NCBI RefSeq assembly: GCF_044224635.1 | Contig: NZ_JBGAKA010000028.1 | Span: 38,799-102,798, forward strand | Length of the DNA: 64,000 bases | Direction of reading: 5' to 3' | Source: Reyranella sp. | GTDB taxonomy: Bacteria; Pseudomonadota; Alphaproteobacteria; Reyranellales; Reyranellaceae | In this document: in pieces, positions 28,052-38,683 of the stretch | Layout: each line of letters begins with the position of its first letter | Numbering within the stretch: the stretch's first letter is position 1 | Program-made: the position numbers and the translations under genes | Notes under the pieces: generated by a model | Seen by the model: only the letters and a program-made list of their open reading frames with translations | What the model was told of the DNA's origin: nothing | Database searches by the model: none

Positions 28052-28208
28052 CCTCCCCAGCTTCGCTGGGGAGGTGCCCCGTCAACGGGGCGGAGGGGTC
28101 ATGAGCTTCAGTCCCGCTGCTCATGACCCCTCCGTCGCCTAGGCATTTTGGCCGCAGAGCGGCCAAAAGCCCTTAGACGGCGACACCTCCCCAACAGAGT
28201 TGGGGAGG
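28052..28208. repeat. Full-length REP-A composite element (157 bp)
   Basis: Modules in order: CCTCCCCAGC-TTCG-GCTGGGGAGG; GCCCCGTCAACGGGGC; AGGGGTCATGAGC-N12-GCTCATGACCCCT; GTCGCCTAGGCATTTTGGCCGC-AGAG-CGGCCAAAAGCCCTTAGACGGCGAC; CCTCCCCAACAGAGTTGGGGAGG. Confidence 0.85.
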
Positions 28209-28327
28209 AGGACGAGAGAGCGCCCAGATGCGAGTGCCCTGCCCCCGGTGCCGGATTGCCGTGCGGGACGCTGGCTTGCCTGTGGCAACGCGCAAGGTCA
28301 AGGTGCGGCGCAAAGGAGTTCCAAGCC

Positions 28328-29302
28328 ATGAGTGGAGTCACGCGGCGGGCATCATTGATCGGAGGAATGGTGCTGACTCTTGCATCGTCGGTTGGCGCGC
28401 GCGCGCAGGCGCGCTTCCCAGAGCGGCCGATCCGGCTGATCGTGCCGTGGGCGGCAGGCGGGCCGGCCGATGGCGGCTTCCGCATCCTCGCCGAAGCCTC
28501 CGCCAAGAAGCTCGGCCAGCCGGTCGTGGTCGAGAACAAGGCAGGCGCGTCCGGCGTGCTCGGCGCCATCGCCCTGCAGGAGGCCAAGCCGGACGGCTAC
28601 GTCGTCTCGCAGATGCACATGAGCGTGCTGCGCCAGCCGCTGCTCAATCCGCAGCTGCCCTACCATCCGATCAAGGACCTGACCTACATCCTGCAGATCA
28701 CCGGCTTCGTGATGGGCGTGGTGGTGCGCACCGAAGCGCCATGGCGCACGCTGCCCGAGCTGCTCGACTACGCCAAGGCCAATCCGGGCAAGCTGAACTA
28801 CGGCACGCTCGGCATCGGATCCACGCAGCACCTGGCGATGGAGCGGGTGGGCATGGCGAAGGGGCTCGCCTGGACCCACGCGCCCTACCGCGGCACGGCC
28901 GACACCTTGCGCGCCCTGCTGGGCGGCGAGATCGACTTCGCGTCGGAAGCGTCGGGCTGGGCGCCGATGGTCGCGGCCGGCAAGCTGCGCCTCCTCGCGG
29001 TCTTCACGGGCGAGCGGGCCAAGCGCTTTCCCGAGGTGCCGACGGTGCGCGAGCTCGGCATGGACATCGTCGTCGACAGTCCCGGCGGGCTGATCGGTCC
29101 GCGCAACATGGATCCCGCCGTGGTTGCCGTTCTCGCCGACGCCTTCCGCGCCGCAGCGGAATCGCCGGAGCATCTCAAGTTTCTCGACAACATGGATCAG
29201 CCGCTGCTGCTGATGGACGGCCCAGCCTATCGCGACTCGATGGCGCGCACGCTCGAGGAAGAACGCGAGCTGCTGCGCCGGCTGAAGCTGTTACCGGCGT
29301 GA
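28328..29302 (+). CDS. Bug-family (TctC-like) tripartite tricarboxylate transporter substrate-binding protein
   Basis: Leader RRASLIGGMVLTLASSVGARA, then FPERPIRLIVPWAAGGPADGGFR...VENKAGASG...YGTLGIGSTQHLA, typical of the Bug family. The ATG at 28328 has AAAGGAG upstream. Confidence 0.85.
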   Translation: MSGVTRRASLIGGMVLTLASSVGARAQARFPERPIRLIVPWAAGGPADGGFRILAEASAKKLGQPVVVENKAGASGVLGAIALQEAKPDGYVVSQMHMSVLRQPLLNPQLPYHPIKDLTYILQITGFVMGVVVRTEAPWRTLPELLDYAKANPGKLNYGTLGIGSTQHLAMERVGMAKGLAWTHAPYRGTADTLRALLGGEIDFASEASGWAPMVAAGKLRLLAVFTGERAKRFPEVPTVRELGMDIVVDSPGGLIGPRNMDPAVVAVLADAFRAAAESPEHLKFLDNMDQPLLLMDGPAYRDSMARTLEEERELLRRLKLLPA

Positions 29303-29306
29303 TCTC

Positions 29307-29370
29307 TTCTGGGCCGCGGGCGTCCCGCCCGCCCGTGAGCGCGAGCGAGCAGGACGCCCGCGGTCCAGAA
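29307..29370. terminator. Candidate bidirectional hairpin terminator between convergent genes
   Basis: 19-nt arms TTCTGGGCCGCGGGCGTCC / GGACGCCCGCGGTCCAGAA (1 mismatch) with a 26-nt loop. There is no clear U-tract. Confidence 0.35.
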
Positions 29371-29385
29371 GAGGCCTCGCTAGCG

Positions 29386-29565
29386 TCAGCGCGAGTAGAC
29401 CGTCGTCGTGGTCTGAGGGGTGGTGTAGGTCGTCGCGCTGACGGCGGGCGCCGGGGTCACGACAGCAGCCGTCGCGGGGACCGGCTGGACCGTGCGGGTC
29501 TCGGTGTAGCTGCACGCTGACAGGGCCGCGGTCAAAGCGATGGCAGCCACGATGATCGGCTTCAT
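29386..29565 (-). CDS. Small putative lipoprotein (59 aa), not in the ORF track
   Basis: Manual translation gives MKPIIVAAIALTAALSAC|SYTETRTVQPVPATAAVVTPAPAVSATTYTTPQTTTTVYSR. It has a lipobox L-S-A-C, and GAGGAGGAA lies 2-3 nt before the ATG. The mature part is Thr/Pro/Val-rich. Confidence 0.55.
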   Translation of the reverse strand: MKPIIVAAIALTAALSACSYTETRTVQPVPATAAVVTPAPAVSATTYTTPQTTTTVYSR

Positions 29566-29790
29566 GATTCCTCCTCGTCATCAATCGTACGATCGAGAAC
29601 GGCATCATCCGCTGGCGGTTGCGATACCTCGACGCCGACCCGGAGCGCGTGCCCGCCTTGTTGCCGAATGGCCACACCATCGATCATTCTGTGACTGCTA
29701 TCGATAGTGGCCACAGGATGGTTGCGCTCCATGGAAGCGCTTGAAGGAACAAGGCTGCAGCCAAGCGGCCCGAGGGAGGGATAGGGACCG

Positions 29791-30822
29791 ATGAGCAAGC
29801 CGTCGCTGCGCCTGGGAGTCGCCTACGATTTCCGCAATCCGGCCGAGTCCGGCATGGGTCACCAGCAACTCTACGCCGCGATCATGGATCAGGTCGCGTG
29901 GCTCGATGGGCTGGGGCTCGATCTCGTGTGGTTCACCGAGCATCACTTCGTCGAGGACGGCTACCTGCCGTCGTGGATTCCTGTCGCCGCGGCGATGGCG
30001 GCGCGGACCAAGCGCGTGCGCTTCTCCTGCGACGTCTGCCTGCTGCCGTTCAATCATCCGATCCGCTTGGCCGAGGATCTGGCAGTGCTCGACAACATCA
30101 GCGGCGGGCGAGTCGAGATCGGCGTCGGCATGGGTTACGCACCGCACGAGTTCCGCGGCTTCGGCCTGCCGGTGTCGCGCCGGGTGTCGCTGACCGACGA
30201 AGGGATCGCCGTGCTGAAGCGTGCCTTCACCGGCGAGAAGTTCAGCTTCGAGGGCAAGCGCTATTCCTTCCAGGACGTCACCATCACGCCGGGCTACGTG
30301 CAGCCCGGCGGGCCGCCTTTGTGGGTGGCGGCGATGGCCGAGCCCGGCGCGCAGAGGGCGGCGCGCTTCGGCGCCAACCTGCTGCCGCAAGGGCCGCGCG
30401 CCCAGTCGCTCGACGCCTGGACGAAGCAGGTGCGCGCCGACGGCCGCGACCCGGGCTCGTTCCGTATCGGCATCATCCGTTCGTGCCTGGTCACCGATGA
30501 CCGCGAGCGCGATTGGGCCGCCGTCCGCGTCGCCGAGCGGCGGCGCATGGAAGTCTACAATCGATTCCGCGAGGCGGCGGGCGGGCATGGCGGCGTCGCC
30601 GGCATCACCGAGGCTGAGCGCATCCCCCAGACCTGGGTGGTCGGCACCGTCGATCACTGCGTGGCCGAGCTCTCGGCCTTCATCGAAGAGTATGGACTGA
30701 CCGATATCGTGTCGTGGGCAGTGCCGCCCGGCATGCGGCCGGACGACATGAGCGCCAGCCTGGAGCGCTATGCGCGCGACGTTGCCCCTTGCCTGAGGGC
30801 ACGCTTCGGCGGCAGCCCTTGA
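29791..30822 (+). CDS. LLM-class flavin-dependent oxidoreductase
   Basis: 343 aa reading LDLVWFTEHHFVEDGYLPSWIPVAAAMAARTKRVRF...LAEDLAVLDNISGGRVEIGVGMGY. Confidence 0.85.
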   Translation: MSKPSLRLGVAYDFRNPAESGMGHQQLYAAIMDQVAWLDGLGLDLVWFTEHHFVEDGYLPSWIPVAAAMAARTKRVRFSCDVCLLPFNHPIRLAEDLAVLDNISGGRVEIGVGMGYAPHEFRGFGLPVSRRVSLTDEGIAVLKRAFTGEKFSFEGKRYSFQDVTITPGYVQPGGPPLWVAAMAEPGAQRAARFGANLLPQGPRAQSLDAWTKQVRADGRDPGSFRIGIIRSCLVTDDRERDWAAVRVAERRRMEVYNRFREAAGGHGGVAGITEAERIPQTWVVGTVDHCVAELSAFIEEYGLTDIVSWAVPPGMRPDDMSASLERYARDVAPCLRARFGGSP

Positions 30823-30921
30823 GGCGGCCCACCGGTCATAGGATATATGGTATCGGTGTGCGAACGGCCTGAGCCGGCATGCGGCCTTCCGGAAGGCCGC
30901 AGCGAGCGTGGCCCGGCCTCA

Positions 30922-32154
30922 ATGCGTGAAGGGGTGCTCGTGCGAGCCTGGATTTGGCGTATCGCGGTGACATGCGTTCTCGTAGCGGTCGTCGCGGGCG
31001 GCTATGCGTGGTGGAAGCAGCCTCCGGCGAAGCAGGCGGCGCCGCAGGCACCGCCGCCGCCCGAGGTCGGTGTGGTCGAGCTGCAGGCCGCCAACGTCCC
31101 GCTGCCGCTCGAGTTTTCCGGCCGGGTCTCGAGCTTTCGCGCCGTCGAGATCCGCGCCCAGGTGAGCGGCGTGCTGCAGAGGCGCGAGTTCCAGGAAGGC
31201 GCCATCGTCAAGGCGGGCGAGGTGCTGTTCCGCATCGACCCGCGCACCTACGAGGCGGCGCTGGCGCGGGCGACCGCCCAGGCCGCCCAGGCGCGCGCGA
31301 CGCTGACCCAGGCCGAGGAGAACTATAAACGCGTCGAGGGCCTGGCCTCGCAGAAGGTCTCGACCCAGAAGAACCTCGAGGACGCCATCGCCGCCCGCGA
31401 CCAGGCGCGTGCCGCGATCCAGTCGACCGAGGCCGACGTGCTGACGGCGAAGCTCAATCTCGAGTTCACCACCATCAAGGCGCCGGTGACCGGCCCGACC
31501 AGCCTCGTCTCGCCGCCCGAGGGCACGCTGATCCAGGCGCAGCAGACCGTGCTGACGACGATCACCCAGCTCGATCCGGCCTATGTGAACTTCACCTTCA
31601 CCGAAGGCGAGATGCGCCAGCTTCAGGAGGTCGAGCGGCCGCACGACGAGCTGTTCGATCCGGAGACCGTCAAGGTCGAGCTGCAGTTCGGCGACGGCGC
31701 TGTCTATCCGCAGCTCGGCAAGATCGACATGCGCTCGCGCACCATCGATCCGCGCACCGGCACGATCCTGATCCGCGCCATGTTCCCCAACAGCGACGGC
31801 GCCCTGCTGCCCGGCCAGTTCGTGCGCGTGAAGCTGACCGGCATCGTGCTGCAGAATGCCATCGTGGTGCCCAAGGCCGCGATCTCGCAGGGCCCGCTCG
31901 GCGCCTTCGTCTATGCGATCGAGCCCGACTCGGTGGCGCGCGCCCGCCAGGTGCGCATCTTCCGCGAGCTCGACAACGGCTTCATCGTGCGCAAGGGCCT
32001 CAAGGCGGGCGACCGCATCGTCGTCGACGGCGTGATCCGCGTGCGGCCGGGCAATGTCGTGAAGCCGGTCCCGATTGCCGAGGCGAAGGGAGCGGGGCAG
32101 CCGGCAGCGGGGCAACCGGCCGCGGGGCAACCGGCCGCGGGCGCCAAGCCGTGA
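30922..32154 (+). CDS. RND efflux periplasmic adaptor (membrane fusion protein)
   Basis: TM anchor [22 protein letters not shown], then [18 protein letters not shown]...[16 protein letters not shown]...coiled coil...GQFVRVKL, an HlyD/AcrA pattern. The start is uncertain (ATG 30922). Confidence 0.85.
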   Translation: MREGVLVRAWIWRIAVTCVLVAVVAGGYAWWKQPPAKQAAPQAPPPPEVGVVELQAANVPLPLEFSGRVSSFRAVEIRAQVSGVLQRREFQEGAIVKAGEVLFRIDPRTYEAALARATAQAAQARATLTQAEENYKRVEGLASQKVSTQKNLEDAIAARDQARAAIQSTEADVLTAKLNLEFTTIKAPVTGPTSLVSPPEGTLIQAQQTVLTTITQLDPAYVNFTFTEGEMRQLQEVERPHDELFDPETVKVELQFGDGAVYPQLGKIDMRSRTIDPRTGTILIRAMFPNSDGALLPGQFVRVKLTGIVLQNAIVVPKAAISQGPLGAFVYAIEPDSVARARQVRIFRELDNGFIVRKGLKAGDRIVVDGVIRVRPGNVVKPVPIAEAKGAGQPAAGQPAAGQPAAGAKP

Positions 32155-35100
32155 TCTCGAAATTCTTCATCGACCGGCCGGTCTTCGCGTCGGTCCTCTC
32201 GATCGTCATCGTGCTGGCCGGCCTGGTCGCCATGCGGGCACTGCCGATTTCGCAGTATCCCCAGATCGTGCCGCCCGAGGTGGTCATCTCGGCCAGCTAT
32301 CCCGGCGCCACCGCCGAGACCATCGCCCAGACGGTGGCGGCCCCGCTCGAGCAGCAGATCAACGGCGTCGAGCGCATGATCTACATGCAGTCGACCTCGA
32401 CCGGCTCGGGCACCATGAACCTGTCGGTGACCTTCGAGATCGGCACCAATCCCGACCAGAACGCCATCAACGTCAACAACCGCGTGCAGCGCGCCCTGCC
32501 GTTGTTGCCGGCCGAGGTCGCGCGCCAGGGCATCGTCGTGCAGAAACGCTCGACGTCGATCCTGCAGGTGATCACGATGTCGTCGCCGGACAACCGCTAC
32601 GACACGATCTACATCAGCAACTACGCGCTGGTGAACATCCTCGACGAGATCCGCCGCCTGCCCGGCGTCGGCGACGCCTCGCTGTTCGGCGCCTCCGACT
32701 ACTCGATGCGCATCTGGCTCCGGCCCGACAAGCTCGCCCAGTTCAATCTCACCCCGGCCGACGTCGCCGCCGTGATCCGCGAGCAGAACCAGCAATTCGC
32801 CGCCGGCCGCTTCGGCGAGGAGCCGATGAACAGCCCGCAGGTCTTCACCTACTCGGTGACGACGCCGCCGCGCCTCGTCGATCGCACGCAGTTCGAGGAC
32901 ATCATCATCCGCTCCGAGGAGAATGGCGGGGCGCTCCGGCTGAAGGACGTGGCGCGGGTCGAGCTGGGGGCGCTGCTCTACGGCTTCTCCGGCACCTTCA
33001 ACGGCTCGCCGGCGGTGCCGATCGCCGTCTACCTGCAGCCCGGCGCCAACGCGCTCGCGGTCGCCGCCTCGGTGCGCGAGACCATGGAGCGCATCTCCAA
33101 GCGCTTCCCCGTCGGTCTGCGCTACGACATCCCGTTCGACACCACGCGCTTCGTCGAGGTCTCGATCGAGGAAGTGGCCATCACCTTCGTCGAGGCGATC
33201 GCGCTGGTCGTGCTGGTGGTGTTCCTGTTCCTGCAGAGCGTGCGGGCGATGATCATCCCGGTCATCGCCATCCCGGTGTCGATCATCGGCACCTTCGCCG
33301 GCATGTTCCTGCTGGGATTCTCGATCAATCTCCTGACCCTGTTCGGCCTGGTGCTGGCGATCGGCATCGTGGTCGACGACGCCATCGTCGTGCTGGAGAA
33401 CGTCGAGCGCATCATGTCGACCACCGGCAAGGGACCGCGCGAGGCCGCCATCCAGGCGATGCAGGAGGTGACCGGCCCGGTCATCGCCATCGTGCTGGTG
33501 CTGTGCGCGGTGTTCATCCCGGTGTCGTTCCTCGGCGGCCTGGCCGGCGAGCTTTACCGCCAGTTCGCCGTCACCATCGCCGTGTCGGTGGTGATCTCGG
33601 GCGTGGTGGCGCTGACCCTGACGCCGGCGCTGGCGGCGCTGATCCTGAAGCCGGCGCACGGCCCGCCGCTGGCGCCGTTCCGTGTCTTCAATCGCGGCTT
33701 TGCCTGGCTGACCTCGACCTACACCGGGGGGGTCGGCTTCCTGCTGCGCAACGCCTTCCTGGGTATTGCCGGCTTCGTCGTCGTGCTGGGCTCGACCTGG
33801 GCCCTGTTCCAGCGCATCCCGGGCAGCCTCGTGCCGGCCGAGGACCAGGGCTACGTCTTCATGGTGACGGTCCTGCCGCCGGCCGCCGCCATCTCGCGCA
33901 CCCGCGAGGTCACCAGGGAGGCGACGGCGGCGTTGATGAAGAACCCCGCGGTGGCCCACGTCGTCACCTTCTCGGGTTTCGACCTGCTGTCGCGCGCGCT
34001 CAAGACCAATTCCGGCATCTCGTTCGTGACCCTGAAGGACTGGTCGGAGCGCAAGGATCCCGCCGAGGATGCGCGCAACCTCGCGCCGGCGCTCGCCCGC
34101 ATCAACGCCAACTTCAAGGACGGCATCGTCATCGGCTTCAACCCGCCGCCGATCATCGGCATCAGCGTCACCGGCGGCTTCGAATTCTTCCTCCAGGATC
34201 GCTCCGGCGGCCCGCTCACCGGCCTGGGCGAGGCGGTCAGCAAGGTGGTGGCGGCGGCCAACCAGCGGCCCGAGCTGCGCGGTGTGCAGACCACCTTCAC
34301 GACGGCCGTGCCGCAGTACCGCATCGACGTCGATCGCGACAAGGCGCGCGCGCTCGGCATCCCCATCAACGCCATCTTCGACACCATGCAGAGCTCGTTC
34401 GGCAGCCTCTATGTCAACGACTTCTCGCTGTTCGGCCGAACCTATCGCGTCAGCCTGTCGTCGGAGGCCGACTACCGCGAGAAGCCGGACGACATGCGCC
34501 ATGTCTTCGTGCGCTCCGACAACAATGTCATGGTGCCGCTGAGCGAGCTGGTCACCTTCACCCGCATCCTCGGACCCGACGCCGTCGACCGCTTCAACAT
34601 CTTCCCGGCCGCCAAGGTGATCGGCGGGCCGGCGCCGGGCTACTCGTCGGGCCAGGCGATCGCCGCCATGCAGGACGTCGTCGCCAAGACCCTGTCCAAC
34701 GATTTCACCATAGGCTGGATCGGCTCGGCCTATCAGGAGCTCGCCACGGCGGGCTCCGGCCAGCTGGGTTTCGTCTTCGGCCTGGTCATGGTGTTCCTGA
34801 TCCTGGCGGCGCAGTACGAGCGCTGGTCGCTGCCGCTCGCCGTGCTGACCGCGGTGCCGTTCGCCGTGCTGGGCGCGCTGCTCGCCATCTGGTGGCGCGG
34901 CCTCGACAACGACGTCTATTTCCAGATCGGCCTGGTCACCCTGATCGGCCTCGCGGCCAAGAACGCCATCCTGATCATCGAGTTCGCCGCCCAGCGCCAT
35001 CGCCAGGGCCTGTCGGTCTACGACGCCGCCATCGAGGCCGCGCGCCTGCGCTTCCGCCCGATCGTCATGACCTCGCTCGCCTTCGTGCTGGGCGTGCTGC

Positions 35101-35303
35101 CGCTCGCCATCAGCACCGGCGCCGGCTCGGCCAGCCGCCATTCGATCGGCACCGGCGTGATCGGCGGCATGCTGGCCGCGACGTTCGTCGCCATCCTTTT
35201 CGTGCCGCTGTTCTTCCGCCTGCTGACGCCGGCGAGGAAGACACCGGTGGCCGAGAGCAAGGTGCTGGATCGACCCTCTCACGCCACAGGCGACGGGGAG
35301 TGA
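32151..35303 (+). CDS. RND multidrug efflux permease (HAE1 family, AcrB/MexB-like)
   Basis: 1050 aa starting [25 protein letters not shown]. Also has [16 protein letters not shown] and 12-TM organisation. The GTGA overlap couples it to the adaptor gene. Confidence 0.95.
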   Translation: MISKFFIDRPVFASVLSIVIVLAGLVAMRALPISQYPQIVPPEVVISASYPGATAETIAQTVAAPLEQQINGVERMIYMQSTSTGSGTMNLSVTFEIGTNPDQNAINVNNRVQRALPLLPAEVARQGIVVQKRSTSILQVITMSSPDNRYDTIYISNYALVNILDEIRRLPGVGDASLFGASDYSMRIWLRPDKLAQFNLTPADVAAVIREQNQQFAAGRFGEEPMNSPQVFTYSVTTPPRLVDRTQFEDIIIRSEENGGALRLKDVARVELGALLYGFSGTFNGSPAVPIAVYLQPGANALAVAASVRETMERISKRFPVGLRYDIPFDTTRFVEVSIEEVAITFVEAIALVVLVVFLFLQSVRAMIIPVIAIPVSIIGTFAGMFLLGFSINLLTLFGLVLAIGIVVDDAIVVLENVERIMSTTGKGPREAAIQAMQEVTGPVIAIVLVLCAVFIPVSFLGGLAGELYRQFAVTIAVSVVISGVVALTLTPALAALILKPAHGPPLAPFRVFNRGFAWLTSTYTGGVGFLLRNAFLGIAGFVVVLGSTWALFQRIPGSLVPAEDQGYVFMVTVLPPAAAISRTREVTREATAALMKNPAVAHVVTFSGFDLLSRALKTNSGISFVTLKDWSERKDPAEDARNLAPALARINANFKDGIVIGFNPPPIIGISVTGGFEFFLQDRSGGPLTGLGEAVSKVVAAANQRPELRGVQTTFTTAVPQYRIDVDRDKARALGIPINAIFDTMQSSFGSLYVNDFSLFGRTYRVSLSSEADYREKPDDMRHVFVRSDNNVMVPLSELVTFTRILGPDAVDRFNIFPAAKVIGGPAPGYSSGQAIAAMQDVVAKTLSNDFTIGWIGSAYQELATAGSGQLGFVFGLVMVFLILAAQYERWSLPLAVLTAVPFAVLGALLAIWWRGLDNDVYFQIGLVTLIGLAAKNAILIIEFAAQRHRQGLSVYDAAIEAARLRFRPIVMTSLAFVLGVLPLAISTGAGSASRHSIGTGVIGGMLAATFVAILFVPLFFRLLTPARKTPVAESKVLDRPSHATGDGE

Positions 35304-35635
35304 CGTCGCGGCGCGCGGCCGCTCATTGCTGGGAGCGCGCCGCTCATTGGCGCTAACTTGCAAAGGGACCTCACGCTGAGGAGCGGCCCGCAGGGCCGCG
35401 TCTCGAATAGCGCGCGGTAAACCGCGCGTCGTCGGCAGCGTGGCAGGTGCTGCGACACCGCTTTCCCAGCGATCTCGTGTGTAACCCATCCTTCGAGACG
35501 CCACGCTCCGCGCAGCTCCTCAGAGCCTGTGACTTTCTTCGTCGGAAGCCTTACGTCGGACCGTATTCGGCACGCTGTCGAAGATGGTCGACCAGCTGGC
35601 GGGTCGTGATCGGCAAGGCGGCGAAGTCCCGTGCG

Positions 35636-35824
35636 ACCATCGTGAAGACCGACATGATCGAAATCGAGTGTCGAGCTGAAGGAAGCCACCTTCCGGCACG
35701 CCAGCGCGTGATCGCCCGGCACGACCAGCACGAGCTCGTCCCTGCGATAGGGCAGCCTCTGCAGACCACGCATGCTCGACGGGATGCTGCCGCTGCAGAT
35801 GCCCAGGTCCGTCGTACCTTCCAC
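35636..35824 (-). pseudogene. LysR-family substrate-binding-domain fragment (about 63 codons, no HTH, no C-terminus)
   Basis: TTDLGICSGSIPSSMRGLQRLPYRRDELVLVVPGDHALACRKVASFSSTLDFDHVGLHDG resembles the central LysR effector-domain block. The flanking sequence is not protein-like. Confidence 0.4.
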
Positions 35825-35842
35825 CAGGAAATGGCCTTGCCT

Positions 35843-36571
35843 TCAGTCGGCTGCTTCAGCGCCGCGGCCCGGCCGGATGGTTTGCACGAAGGCGCGGGCG
35901 ATGGCCTCGCCGGCCCGATCCGACGCGGCCGCATGCCGGGCGGCCATTTCGGGGTAGCGATCGAGCCAGCCGGGCGATCTCCTTTCGACGATATCGCGAA
36001 ACTCGACCAGCCAGGCGTCAACGACCTCGGTGCTGGCCTCGAAGTGGAACTGGGTGCCGTAGGCGGCGCGGCCGATGCGAAAACACTGGTTGGGCACTAC
36101 CGATCCAGACACGAGGTGCGCGGCGTTTGCGGGCAGGGAGAACGTATCGACATGCCACTGAAAACTGTCGAACCGCGCGCCGATCCCGGCGAACAGCGGA
36201 TCGGCCGCGCCCTCCGGCGTGACGTCGAGGGTCGTCCAGGCGAACTCGCGGGCGCCGTCCAGGTGATTCTCGCCGCCGTAGGCGCGTGCAAGCAGCTGGG
36301 CGCCCAGGCAGACTCCCAGGACCGGCTTGTCGGCGTCACCGAAGCGGCGCATGAGGTTGGCAAGCGCGGGCAGGTAGGGATAGTCGGCGTCATCCACGGC
36401 GCTCTGCTTGCCGCCCATGACGATCAGCGCGTCGTGCTGATGGATGCCGGTCGGCAACGCGCCGTCCTTCCAGGGGCGAAACCAGTCGAGGCGAGCGCCG
36501 GCCTCGTCCAGGGCCCGGCCCAGCGTGCCGAGATACGTGTTCTCCATGTTCTCGACGATGGCGACGCGCAC
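35843..36571 (-). CDS. Class I glutamine amidotransferase-like protein
   Basis: 242 aa reading DALIVMGGKQS...KPVLGVCLGAQLLA (nucleophile elbow) ...QFHFE (His-Glu). Confidence 0.8.
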   Translation of the reverse strand: MRVAIVENMENTYLGTLGRALDEAGARLDWFRPWKDGALPTGIHQHDALIVMGGKQSAVDDADYPYLPALANLMRRFGDADKPVLGVCLGAQLLARAYGGENHLDGAREFAWTTLDVTPEGAADPLFAGIGARFDSFQWHVDTFSLPANAAHLVSGSVVPNQCFRIGRAAYGTQFHFEASTEVVDAWLVEFRDIVERRSPGWLDRYPEMAARHAAASDRAGEAIARAFVQTIRPGRGAEAAD

Positions 36572-36807
36572 CCTGCTTTCTCCGATCCGTGGCGCCCACT
36601 TTCCCGGAACCGGCGCGCAGGATCAACCTGCCTGAAGAAGGCGGCGCAGACCGACTGACGGACAGACCATCTGAGGAACCATGCATGACTGGAAGGCTAT
36701 CGATCATCGTTGTCCGCTGCCTGTGGTCGGACGACCCTTTACGCCGCCAGGTTGCCTCGACTCTGTCGGACATGGCAGGCTGAGCCATTCAACGAGGGGA
36801 AGAGCTC

Positions 36808-37242
36808 ATGTTCAATCGTCTGTCGCTGTTCGGCATTGCCGCGGTCGTTGCCTGGTCGGGAGCGGCAAGCGCTCAATCGCTCGACATGAAAGGCACCTGG
36901 GTGGGCACGAGCAAGAGCATCGTCAGCGGTCTGCCCGCGCACCATCCGGCGACCGTGGCGGCAAAGCCGGCGGGAGACAACCGCCTCACCGAGGTACCGT
37001 TCACGACCAGGATAGAGGGGCAGGACGGCAATCGCGTGTGGGGCATCAATTCGTCGCCCGCTGCATCCCTTCCCATTGTCGGTGTCATCTCGCCGGACGG
37101 AAAGCAGCTTCGCCTGATCGTGAAGGGTCGGGGCATCGTCGAAGGCACGATCGTCGATCCGGATACGATCGAGATCTTCTACACCGAGGATCACAACGGC
37201 GTAACCGTCGCGGCGACCAATACCTGGAAGCGGCAGAAATAG
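36808..37242 (+). CDS. Hypothetical secreted protein (144 aa)
   Basis: Signal peptide MFNRLSLFGIAAVVAWSGAASA. GAGGGGAAGAG lies upstream. No family recognised. Confidence 0.6.
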   Translation: MFNRLSLFGIAAVVAWSGAASAQSLDMKGTWVGTSKSIVSGLPAHHPATVAAKPAGDNRLTEVPFTTRIEGQDGNRVWGINSSPAASLPIVGVISPDGKQLRLIVKGRGIVEGTIVDPDTIEIFYTEDHNGVTVAATNTWKRQK

Positions 37243-37350
37243 CGCCGTCGACCGTGGCCGCATTGGGCTCGGTCATCGACCGCGAAAGGGCAAGCAACCC
37301 TGGTCGATTCCGATCCTTCTGCGGTGTTTGTGATCTGAGGAGGCAGGCAG

Positions 37351-38337
37351 ATGGCTCGGCCCGCGAATGGTGAACTTCCTGTCATCGATGTCGGCAGCCT
37401 CTGGCGCGATGCCGGTGACGGCGAGCTGTCGCGGCTCGGCGAGCAAGTCGCGCGTGCCTGCCGGTCGACCGGCTTCTTCTACATCGCCAACCACGGCGTG
37501 GCGCGCGAGCTGATCGATGCGGCCTTCGCCGCCAACCGTCGTTTCCACGCCCTGCCGCTCGTGGACAAGCTCAGGATCAAGCTCAACCGCTGGCACCGCG
37601 GCTATCAGGCGTTGGCCGGCTCGACGCTGGTGTCCTCGGCGCGCTTTGCGCCGGCGCGGCATCCCAACCAGCTCGAATCCTTTTTCCTGCGGCACGAGGT
37701 CGATCCGGCTGACCCGCGCTACCAGGTCCAGCCCCTGCAGGGACCGAATCAATGGCCCGACGATGCGGACTTCGAGGATACGGTGCGTCGCTACGATGCG
37801 GCGATGTGCGATGCCGGAATGCGCCTGTTGAAAGTCTTCTCGACGGCGATCGGCGAGGCGCCCGATTTCTTCGCCAGACGGTTTTCACCGCCGGCAACCT
37901 GCCTGCGCCTCATTCATTATCCGCCGGCGCCGCTCCATCGCCCCGATGATCTCTACGGTGCCCATCCGCACACCGACTACGGCTTCCTGACGATTCTCGC
38001 GCAGGACAACGTGGGAGGGCTCGAGGTGCGCAAACCCGACGGCACCTGGACGCCCGTGCCGTTTGTGCCCGATACCTTCATCGTCAATATCGGGGACATC
38101 CTGGCGCGATGGACGAACGACACCTTTAATTCGACGCCGCATCGCGTGATCAACGCCTCGCCCGACCGGGATCGATACTCGATCGGCTACTTCTTCGATC
38201 CCAATCTCGATACCGAGATCAGCACCCTGCAGCATTTCCAGGACGGTGCGGCGGCGACGAAGTACGCGCCGGTTCGCTATGGCGACTATTTCAACGGCCG
38301 GCTCGACGCCAACTACACCGACCGGACGGGGATCTGA
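37351..38337 (+). CDS. 2-oxoglutarate/Fe(II)-dependent oxygenase (isopenicillin N synthase-like family)
   Basis: LPVIDV...GFFYIANHGV N-terminal block, H-x-D in HPHTDYGFLTIL, distal HRV, and RYSIGYF (2OG-binding Arg). Confidence 0.85.
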   Translation: MARPANGELPVIDVGSLWRDAGDGELSRLGEQVARACRSTGFFYIANHGVARELIDAAFAANRRFHALPLVDKLRIKLNRWHRGYQALAGSTLVSSARFAPARHPNQLESFFLRHEVDPADPRYQVQPLQGPNQWPDDADFEDTVRRYDAAMCDAGMRLLKVFSTAIGEAPDFFARRFSPPATCLRLIHYPPAPLHRPDDLYGAHPHTDYGFLTILAQDNVGGLEVRKPDGTWTPVPFVPDTFIVNIGDILARWTNDTFNSTPHRVINASPDRDRYSIGYFFDPNLDTEISTLQHFQDGAAATKYAPVRYGDYFNGRLDANYTDRTGI

Positions 38338-38372
38338 GGGTGGCGAGGCCGAGGGAGCGACACATGTTCTTG

Positions 38373-38528
38373 CCTCCCCCGTAATCGGGGGAGGTGCCTC
38401 GTCACACGGGGCGGAGGGGGAGGGCCTCAGACGAGGTCGATGAAATTCCGACGTCGGGAGTTCATGAATCCTCTTTGAGGCTTTCCCCCTCCGGCCCTAC
38501 GGGCCACCTCCCCCGCTTACGGGGGAGG
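38373..38528. repeat. REP-A related composite element (CCTCCCCC variant)
   Basis: CCTCCCCCGTAATCGGGGGAGG ... CCTCCCCCGCTTACGGGGGAGG, bracketing further hairpins. Confidence 0.8.
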
Positions 38529-38683
38529 AAAGGAGATTTCGCTCCTGCGCCGTGGGTCGCGGCGGACCCGATCAGGGCCATTCCCGCGTTCGCTGTCTTG
38601 ACGGCGCAAGAAACCCGCCTAGCGTGGGTGGACACCGGCGACGCGTGTCGCCGGTGACTGCGCAACATCAAGGAGGATGGGGC

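Noticed and set aside
31911-35504. 1197-aa minus-strand ORF
   Set aside because: It is antisense to the RND pump gene. It is rich in Arg/Asp/Gly/His repeats and has no membrane or enzyme motifs.
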